From a bacterium (GTDB taxonomy: Bacteria > Omnitrophota > Gorgyraeia > Zapsychrales > Zapsychraceae): a stretch of DNA of 64,000 bases. The position numbers and the translations under genes were made by a program. Position 1 is the stretch's first letter; every line of letters begins with the position of its first letter. Under the pieces are notes generated by a model, which saw only the letters and a program-made list of their open reading frames with translations, had not been told where the DNA came from and searched no databases. The stretch is taken from the NCBI GenBank assembly GCA_030429765.1, contig JAUIER010000013.1, positions 8,759 to 72,758 on the forward strand. Direction: 5' to 3'. Below, one piece after another: positions 57,239 through 64,000 of the stretch.

Positions 57239-59551
57239 ATGGATAAGTGTATTTTACGCAAAATATTACTGATCACGATCGCCTGTGTTTTGGTGACCGG
57301 TGTGCTTTGGCCCTGGTCGGCCGGCGCTCTGAATCAGAATTATTACAACTCTGAGACACCCATATTCGGGGCCTCCAAACTCACCGATCATCTCAAGAAT
57401 TCAGGGTTCAGTCCGCAGTACAGTATCGGTAACTTTAAACAGGTATATTCCCGCAACACTCGTCGAATCTATTGGTTCGGCCAGACCGGATTGCACGATC
57501 GTCCCTACGATATTCACGGGCATTGGATTACGCCCAGTGGTGAATTGTTTCATCAGGACAGGGCCGAACGCAATAGTGACGGCTATTATTCGGCGAAACT
57601 CAAACTACCGCGCCGCCGCAGCAAGGTCGAGACCGGTCAATGGAGCTTTGAATTGCGCGATGGTGAGGGACATTTAATCCTAAGGGAATACTTTTATATC
57701 GGGACCGATTCGGGCAATACCACGGTCGATCTCGATGCCATATGGACTGATCCGGAATACAATATCCATGAGGCGGATGCGGTTATTTTTGATCACATCA
57801 TTGATATCGACGTTGATGACGACTATGTGGTGACCCGCACCATTCACAAACGGATGAAAATTTTGACGGAAAAAGGCGCGCGTATGTCCCAGCTGTACGA
57901 GCCGTACCGCGAAGCTCACGAGTCCGCCCGCATTACATTGATGAACACGATCAAACCCAACGGTGAGATTGTGCGCATTCCGCAACAGCTGGTCGGGCAG
58001 GTCACCGAGTATCATCCGGAGTACACATCCTCGAAGGCCGTTGTTTTTGCCTTTCCGGAAGTTGAGGTGGGATCCGTCCTGGAATATGAGATCACGTTCA
58101 AGGGGAATAAGCCTGTATCCCGGGATTTGTTCTATCATCAGTTCCGGTTTTCAGAAAGTATCCCGGTGGCCAATGTGCGCTACACGGTAACCGTGCCGCA
58201 AAGTTTTGGGTTACGATACCTGAATGTTAATCATGATTACGAGCCTGAGATTGAGGTGCTCGACAAATCACGTGAGAACCGTATTCGCTGGACGATCAAA
58301 AATACACCTCCATTAACGTTTGAGAAACACATGCCGCCGTATCGCGAAGTGGGACGATCGGTGGTTGTCAGTACGACGGCCCATTGGGGACCGGTGGCCA
58401 AATGGTGGCTGCAGGAATCGCGACGCAAGCGGATCCTGAGCGACAAGATGAAGGAATTCGTCGACCAGGCGGTTAAGGACGAGACCCATCCACAACGCAA
58501 GCTGGCCCGCATTTTTGCGGCCTTCAGGGCGAAGTTTACCGTTCTACCGGAGGAGTTGGGGCGTGTGTCGTATGAACCGATTCCAACAGATGAGGTCTTC
58601 CGGCGGGAGGCCGGCAATAGCCGTGATCTTTCGCATACCCTTGAAGTCCTATTAGAGTATGCCGGCATTGAGGCGTTCCCGACCTTCGTCCGCACGCGTC
58701 CTTTGGGGGATTTAGCCCCGAATGTCACCGGCCTGGGTGAATTCAATCACATGATCCTCACGGTAGAGTTTGAGCCGAATGCTCCCCAGTTTCTGGATCC
58801 ACGCGCCACACATTTCCAAAAAGGCACGTTCAAGTCGGATCTTTTTGGGGCTGAGCTGATGGTCGTCAAGGGGGACGTCATTGATATGATCACCCTGCCG
58901 ATACCCGGACCGACGGTCAGCGGGCAGACGCTTGATGTGGATGCCGTGGTGCATTCGGATTTTTCAATGACCGGAACGATGACGATGGAATACTTCGGTA
59001 CGGCGGACGGGGAGATCAAGGCCCGGCTCAATGGCATGAAGAACCGTGATTTTCAATTGTTTATCCAGAGTCTGGTCACCCGCATCTTTCCCAACGGGCG
59101 TTTTGAACGTTGTGAGACCTTTAACCAGAAAAAATTTACCCGTAATGCCCGGCTGGTCATCACATTTTCTGTGCCGAACGTGATCCAGGAAAAGGCCGGA
59201 GGCTACGCCATTCGAATGGTCGGGACGCCGATCAATGTGCCGGAGCATGTTAAACCGGAGCGGGTCAATCCGATATACAAACCCACTTATGGATTCAGCA
59301 AGACCAGTATGTTTATCCAGCTGCCGGAGGGGCTACGTGCCGCCAATGTGCCGTCGCGGCAGACGGTGGATACCGATATGGTGGCGTACTACACGGAGTT
59401 TTCGGCGGTGGATAATTCCATCCGATTGGATGATTCAATCACTGATAAACGTCTGGAAGTGGGTCTTGATGAGTACGAACGGTATTTCGGATTTTTTGAC
59501 GCCTATCGTCAGGGGGTTCAGGTGGATATTCCGCTGGAACTCGTGCCTTAA
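57239..59551 (+). CDS. Large secreted protein (770 aa), DUF3857/transglutaminase-like architecture suspected
   Basis: Signal peptide. The overall size and sequence character resemble DUF3857-containing proteins, but the family call is weak. Confidence 0.4.
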   Translation: MDKCILRKILLITIACVLVTGVLWPWSAGALNQNYYNSETPIFGASKLTDHLKNSGFSPQYSIGNFKQVYSRNTRRIYWFGQTGLHDRPYDIHGHWITPSGELFHQDRAERNSDGYYSAKLKLPRRRSKVETGQWSFELRDGEGHLILREYFYIGTDSGNTTVDLDAIWTDPEYNIHEADAVIFDHIIDIDVDDDYVVTRTIHKRMKILTEKGARMSQLYEPYREAHESARITLMNTIKPNGEIVRIPQQLVGQVTEYHPEYTSSKAVVFAFPEVEVGSVLEYEITFKGNKPVSRDLFYHQFRFSESIPVANVRYTVTVPQSFGLRYLNVNHDYEPEIEVLDKSRENRIRWTIKNTPPLTFEKHMPPYREVGRSVVVSTTAHWGPVAKWWLQESRRKRILSDKMKEFVDQAVKDETHPQRKLARIFAAFRAKFTVLPEELGRVSYEPIPTDEVFRREAGNSRDLSHTLEVLLEYAGIEAFPTFVRTRPLGDLAPNVTGLGEFNHMILTVEFEPNAPQFLDPRATHFQKGTFKSDLFGAELMVVKGDVIDMITLPIPGPTVSGQTLDVDAVVHSDFSMTGTMTMEYFGTADGEIKARLNGMKNRDFQLFIQSLVTRIFPNGRFERCETFNQKKFTRNARLVITFSVPNVIQEKAGGYAIRMVGTPINVPEHVKPERVNPIYKPTYGFSKTSMFIQLPEGLRAANVPSRQTVDTDMVAYYTEFSAVDNSIRLDDSITDKRLEVGLDEYERYFGFFDAYRQGVQVDIPLELVP

Positions 59552-59656
59552 TTTCATCATTTTCGGAAGAAACTTGCCAAGTCATCGGCTTTTGGCTAAA
59601 ATATGGTCGTGAATGGCCGTTCGGTCACGACTAATTTCCAATTTAAGGAGTCACGC

Positions 59657-60217
59657 ATGGATCTAATGAAGCTTATCACTAAAAATCCTGACCTGGTCGG
59701 TCAAATCGCCAAGCAATTTCAATTAACCGGAGATCAGGCCAAGTCCGCGCTTTCGGCCTTGACCAAAGCCGTCGCCGGAGGTATTAAAAAGAACACGCAG
59801 TCGGCCGATGGTATCAGCGGATTGATGTCAGCCTTGAAAGGCGGCAGTCATGAACGCTACATCGAGAATCCGCAGGAATTGACGCGTGAAGAGAATATTC
59901 GTGAAGGCAATGGCATCCTGTCGCACATTTTCGGTAATAAAGAAACCAGCCGTCAGGTGGCCCAACAGGCGTCAGCCGCCAGCGGTGTAGATGTCGGGAT
60001 TCTCAAAAAGATGTTGCCGTTAGTCGCCGGTATGACCATGGGCGGCCTGAAAAAGCAGACGTCCTCGTCCGGTATGCTCAGCGGGTTGATGTCAAAGGGC
60101 GGATCGGCCCCGGATCGAGACGCACTGGGAGGCCTGACGAAATTTCTGGATAGTGACGGCGACGGATCGGTCAAAGATGACTTGATGGGATTGGCCGGAA
60201 AATTTTTCGGGAAGTAA
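59657..60217 (+). CDS. DUF937 (YidB-like) family protein
   Basis: Gly/Leu/Met-rich low-complexity repeats (GLMSALKGG...GMLSGLMSKGG) typical of DUF937, and an AGGAG RBS. Confidence 0.55.
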   Translation: MDLMKLITKNPDLVGQIAKQFQLTGDQAKSALSALTKAVAGGIKKNTQSADGISGLMSALKGGSHERYIENPQELTREENIREGNGILSHIFGNKETSRQVAQQASAASGVDVGILKKMLPLVAGMTMGGLKKQTSSSGMLSGLMSKGGSAPDRDALGGLTKFLDSDGDGSVKDDLMGLAGKFFGK

Positions 60218-60243
60218 ACGACAAAGCGGGGAACAGCTAAGTT

Positions 60244-60570
60244 ATGGCAAATACTAGCAATCGTCGACGGGCTAATCGGATTAAATCCAGTCTGCCCATC
60301 GAACTGCAGATCGATCAGCAAATCACTGTTCAGGGACGCCTCAAGGATATCACGGTCAAGAGTGCCTTTGTCCTGATGAAAAGCAGTGTTTACATGGAAG
60401 TCAATGACGAGTTTCGTTTCTACATCCGAAGTGTGACCAATGCGGAAGACGAGGCCTTAACCGGTATCGCGCGGGTATCCCGTATCGCTCCCGGTGAAGG
60501 GATTGCGATCTACTTTACAGACATGGACACCTCGGCAACGAACCGTTTAGCTGAAATGCTGAATTCATAG
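60244..60570 (+). CDS. Putative PilZ-domain protein
   Basis: RRRANRIK (RxxxR) near the N-terminus and a beta-barrel-sized 108-aa protein. The DxSxxG half-motif is imperfect. Confidence 0.35.
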   Translation: MANTSNRRRANRIKSSLPIELQIDQQITVQGRLKDITVKSAFVLMKSSVYMEVNDEFRFYIRSVTNAEDEALTGIARVSRIAPGEGIAIYFTDMDTSATNRLAEMLNS

Positions 60571-60591
60571 GGTCGGAACGAGCGGAGCAGG

Positions 60592-60990
60592 ATGGATACA
60601 CAAATTCTCAATACAATTCAGACGTGGTTTAGCGGTTCAACGAATCTTCCCAATTGGGCGTTGGTCCTGATGGGCGCAATTTGCGTCTGGTTCGTGTTGG
60701 GTAAGCTGCTTGGCGGACGAACCGCTTATAATCCACGCCGAAAACACAAACGCATTCCCAAGCCCGAAGAACAGATCATGCTGTTTCTCACCAAGCGGGA
60801 TGGAAAACCCATGCCGTCATATGTCGTTAAGGACGGTTTTCCTGACATCAGTCCGACCAAGCTGCTGCATCACATCAGTGAATTAAAAAGTTATCGCTAT
60901 ATCGGCGGCAATACGAACCTGGAATTGACCAAGTTCGGCCGCGCCTACCTCGTCAAACACAATCTCGTTGAAGAAACCACAGCCTCATAG
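60592..60990 (+). CDS. Hypothetical protein with one TM helix
   Basis: An ORF containing WALVLMGAICVWFVLG. Its stop abuts the convergent gene. Confidence 0.35.
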   Translation: MDTQILNTIQTWFSGSTNLPNWALVLMGAICVWFVLGKLLGGRTAYNPRRKHKRIPKPEEQIMLFLTKRDGKPMPSYVVKDGFPDISPTKLLHHISELKSYRYIGGNTNLELTKFGRAYLVKHNLVEETTAS

Positions 60991-62613
60991 TTATTGGGCC
61001 CGACGCCGTAAAATCTTCACGGCACAGGTGTCCGTCCACTGGTAGTCTTTATCCCAATCCCCGATGGTTTTGACCAGTTCAAAATGATCATCAAGATAGC
61101 GCTTGATTAAGCGCGAGTGAGATGTTCCGAATATTCCCTCACCACGATCGTCGGAATGGATCCGGTTGGAGAGGACGATCCATTGCGTTCGACTCTCGTT
61201 TAATTCTCTAATGATATCCTGCTGTTGAGTGTCCGGGATCGCCGTGAATTCAAAAAATACAAGCTGCCGGGTCGGACTGTCACGATCGAGCAGGAAATAA
61301 TACAACGGATCATATGGCGCAAACAATATGGCCTCGTCAGGGGGAATGTGATCATTCACAAACTTGATGGTGTTGAGGACCGTATACATCCAGCGCGGAT
61401 TGTTTTTGATGGTGACATCGGCGCGGTCAAACTTTAGGCGCTGCCAGGGCTTCCGCAGATGTTTAACCTCCAGATGGGTGATAAACAGCTGGGCGGCCGC
61501 GGCCGCGATCAGCCCGCCGACCACGGTTCGACGCAGATAGGCCGGTGCTCGCTGAGCCATAAATCCGATGCTTAATCCCAGCAGGATCATATAAAACGGT
61601 TCACTGAAAAATGACCGGAAGTATACACCGCTGAGTATAAATTCATGGCATTGCCCGACGAGGAATATCGCGGTGATCAACCACGCACACCAAATACTAT
61701 TTCTGTTAGGGTGATGATGATTGGATGTTGATCGCTGCCCAATCATCTGCGCGATGACCAGGATCAGGATCCCGCCGGCCACAACAAGTGTGATCCATTC
61801 CAGTTGAAGCCGGCCACTGATCTCACGTACCAAAAATATGATATTCTCCGGAATAGAGGGATACTCATCGACCGTGGCGTCATTACCGAAATACTGATAG
61901 CATTGGCGGATCACATGGAACGGCAGTCCACGTACGGTCAGCCAGCTCAGCCCCATGATAAGCAATGGAACCGATACGATTCCGTGGATATAAAGAATGA
62001 TGTTGTCCTTGCTGAACGCTTGTCGATGGACCAGAAGTTGAGCGATCAAGACGCTCAGGATCAATTCCAGCGACATCACAATGCCGAAATTCAGCTTGAT
62101 CAGCCCCGCCAATACCGCGCAAATCAACCCTCCGTACACGTACCGCCGACGCGGGGTGTCGATATACGAAACGCATAGATAAAAGAGGATCGCGGACAAT
62201 GCCACAATCCCGATATGATTATAGGTATAGAAGAAGGTCTTGCCATACAGCCAAAAACAGGCGGCGGCAAAAAATCCGATGGCCGGTCTAACAAATCGGG
62301 CCAGGGACTGATAAAGCATCGTGCCAGTGACAATACTCAAGAGTGTTTGCCCCATCAGGACGCTGGACAGATGAATCCCCAACCATTTCATCCACAGGGC
62401 ATAATAGTAAAGCATCAACGGGCCGTAAAAATAGTGAAAATCGTGATATGGGCGCTGACCCTCCAGAATTTTTTCAGCTCCATACAGGACGAGGCCGTGA
62501 TCACCGGTGGCCAGCCAGGCCTGAAAGTTGAGATGGATGGTGTGATAGGCGCATCCAAACGCGATGGTTAGAAAGAGAAAAAACTTCTTTGAAAAGGAGG
62601 GTGAGTTGGACAT
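60991..62613 (-). CDS. Polytopic membrane protein, GT87/DUF2029-like putative glycosyl (mannosyl) transferase
   Basis: About 12 TM helices and an N-terminal GDHGLVLYGAEKILEGQRPYHDFHYFYGP, reminiscent of the PimE/DUF2029 family. Confidence 0.4.
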   Translation of the reverse strand: MSNSPSFSKKFFLFLTIAFGCAYHTIHLNFQAWLATGDHGLVLYGAEKILEGQRPYHDFHYFYGPLMLYYYALWMKWLGIHLSSVLMGQTLLSIVTGTMLYQSLARFVRPAIGFFAAACFWLYGKTFFYTYNHIGIVALSAILFYLCVSYIDTPRRRYVYGGLICAVLAGLIKLNFGIVMSLELILSVLIAQLLVHRQAFSKDNIILYIHGIVSVPLLIMGLSWLTVRGLPFHVIRQCYQYFGNDATVDEYPSIPENIIFLVREISGRLQLEWITLVVAGGILILVIAQMIGQRSTSNHHHPNRNSIWCAWLITAIFLVGQCHEFILSGVYFRSFFSEPFYMILLGLSIGFMAQRAPAYLRRTVVGGLIAAAAAQLFITHLEVKHLRKPWQRLKFDRADVTIKNNPRWMYTVLNTIKFVNDHIPPDEAILFAPYDPLYYFLLDRDSPTRQLVFFEFTAIPDTQQQDIIRELNESRTQWIVLSNRIHSDDRGEGIFGTSHSRLIKRYLDDHFELVKTIGDWDKDYQWTDTCAVKILRRRAQ

Positions 62614-62710
62614 AATGATTTAACTTATTATTTGCTAACATCTTATCAAAAAAGAGCTTGTCCAGCCACAGGCTTTTAAGTTTATCACGGCTGTGATAGA
62701 ATAGGCTGCT

Positions 62711-63457
62711 ATGAATCTTGTATCTGTCATTATCCCTGCCAAAAACGAAGTTCAAAACATAGAATCAACTGTTCACGCCATCCGTAAGGCCTTTCGCGAC
62801 GCGCAGATCGAGTACGATATCATCGTCGTCAATGACGGCAGCACAGATGGGACGGGTAAAAAGATCAAGGCCCTGGCCGAGATCGATCCGGCTGTCCGGC
62901 TGATTCGAAATCGACCGCCCTACGGATTCGGATACGCCATACGAAAAGGGCTTAACAATTACAAAGGTGATATCGTGATGATCGTGATGGCGGATGCCTC
63001 GGATGATCCCCTGGATATGGTCAAGTACGTACGTGAGGTTCAGGCCGGTGCGGACTGCTGCTTTGGCACGCGTTGGCATAAGGAAGCCAAGGTCGATAAT
63101 TATCCCAAGGTCAAATATTTTCTGAATCGGTGGGTGAATGGATGGATCAATTTCTTTTTCGGGCTGGGCTACAATGATACGACCAATGCGTTTAAGTGTT
63201 ATTCCAAGGAATGTATTGAAGGGATCAAGCCGATTATGTCGCGTCATTTTAATATCACCGTCGAGATGCCGCTGAAGGCCGTCGTCCGCGGTTATAATTA
63301 TTCTGTGGTGCCGACGAACTGGTATGATCGGACCAAAGGGACGTCCAAGCTCAAGCTCAAGGAGATGGGTAGCCGATATTTATTTATTGTGATCTATGTG
63401 TTTCTTGAACGTCTGTTGTGCGGTAATGATTACAAGAAGGGTCAGAAAATCAGATAA
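62711..63457 (+). CDS. GT2 family glycosyltransferase (polyprenol-phosphate sugar synthase-like)
   Basis: VSVIIPAKNE...VVNDGSTDGT...DAD GT-A fold motifs. Confidence 0.8.
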   Translation: MNLVSVIIPAKNEVQNIESTVHAIRKAFRDAQIEYDIIVVNDGSTDGTGKKIKALAEIDPAVRLIRNRPPYGFGYAIRKGLNNYKGDIVMIVMADASDDPLDMVKYVREVQAGADCCFGTRWHKEAKVDNYPKVKYFLNRWVNGWINFFFGLGYNDTTNAFKCYSKECIEGIKPIMSRHFNITVEMPLKAVVRGYNYSVVPTNWYDRTKGTSKLKLKEMGSRYLFIVIYVFLERLLCGNDYKKGQKIR

Positions 63458-63463
63458 GACAGC

Positions 63464-64000
63464 ATGCTTTCAGTTATCATTCCAACTAAAAACGAGGCCG
63501 AGCACCTGCCGAATACGTTGCGGGCCCTGCGTGAGTATGCGACGGCCAATCAATCCCTCGAAATCATCGTCGTGGACACAGGCTCCTCGGACAACACCGT
63601 CAAACTGGCGAGGGAGCTCGGCGTTCGTGTGATCGAATGTCCGGACGCCACGCCCGGACGGGCCAGTCCGTTGAACACAGGAGCTCGGGAGTCCAGTGCC
63701 GATGTGCTCCTGTTTCTCGACGCGGACTCGATTGTTCCGATGGGATATGATGCCCATATATTTGAAACCTTGGCTGACAAAGCTATCGTCGCGGGCGCTT
63801 TTGAATTTAAACTCGACGGTCCTGAATTTGGATTGCGGGTTGTCGAGTGGATTAACCGTACACGTTATCGCATCTGGAAGCGTTACTACGGAGATCAGGG
63901 CTTATTTGTCCGGCGGGACATATTCCATAAGGCCGGCGGATTTCCAGCGGTGCGGCTTATGGAGTCCTCGGATCTGTGTATCAAACTGGCGAAATTCGGA
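63464..64000 (+). CDS. GT2 family glycosyltransferase, 5' portion; continues beyond the window
   Basis: LSVIIPTKNE...IIVVDTGSSDNT...DADS. There is no stop codon before the window end. Confidence 0.75.
   Translation, partial: MLSVIIPTKNEAEHLPNTLRALREYATANQSLEIIVVDTGSSDNTVKLARELGVRVIECPDATPGRASPLNTGARESSADVLLFLDADSIVPMGYDAHIFETLADKAIVAGAFEFKLDGPEFGLRVVEWINRTRYRIWKRYYGDQGLFVRRDIFHKAGGFPAVRLMESSDLCIKLAKFG

Noticed and set aside
1-64000. tRNA/rRNA genes, integrases and transposases
   Set aside because: No sequence with recognisable tRNA cloverleaf features or rRNA conservation was seen. No integrase or transposase ORF is present to explain the AT-rich islet or the MITE-like element.

Overview
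This is a 64-kb bacterial chromosomal window, about 90% coding, with G+C above 50% by eye. The type IV pilin, PKD-repeat protein, ArnT-like glycosyltransferase and CpxP/Spy-like periplasmic protein suggest a Gram-negative organism. The order left to right is: 2-oxoacid:ferredoxin oxidoreductase KorAB and thioredoxin reductase; a complete classical menaquinone operon (ubiE/menG-menF-menD-menB-menA-menC-menE) with a convergent hotdog thioesterase; tpx, sod, and nrdA-nrdB separated by an unusual 340-nt array of hairpins. Next is a short, markedly AT-rich two-gene islet (Zn-ribbon/TM/coiled-coil/HEAT-like protein and a secreted NTF2-like protein). Then a run of small hypothetical proteins with a tandem-repeat/twin-hairpin leader, a YbjQ-YbjQ-M48 protease-DUF2085 operon, a MITE-like inverted-repeat element, a PLDc_N micro-protein with textbook promoter and terminator, ilvBN, and a divergent MnmA-like PP-loop ATPase. 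Further on is a dense Fe-S/glutathione cluster (ApbC/Mrp with DUF59+DUF971, CGFS-Grx, BolA, Grx, GshB, divergent GshA, DAACS transporter, BolA-like), an ABC exporter, an Lpd-family flavoprotein, Dus, a TrpD paralog, DUF423, MtaB, DUF1223, pseudopilin, 6xPKD protein and an M42 peptidase. The right end is a membrane/glycosyltransferase region that includes a Cys-rich CpxP-like protein and an SGNH-racemase-SGNH operon. No rRNA, tRNA, CRISPR, integrase or transposase was recognised. The most unusual sequence-level signals are the nrdA-nrdB hairpin array, the AT-rich islet, the 70-nt periodic repeat leader at 21.1-21.4 kb, and the SGNH-racemase-SGNH module.
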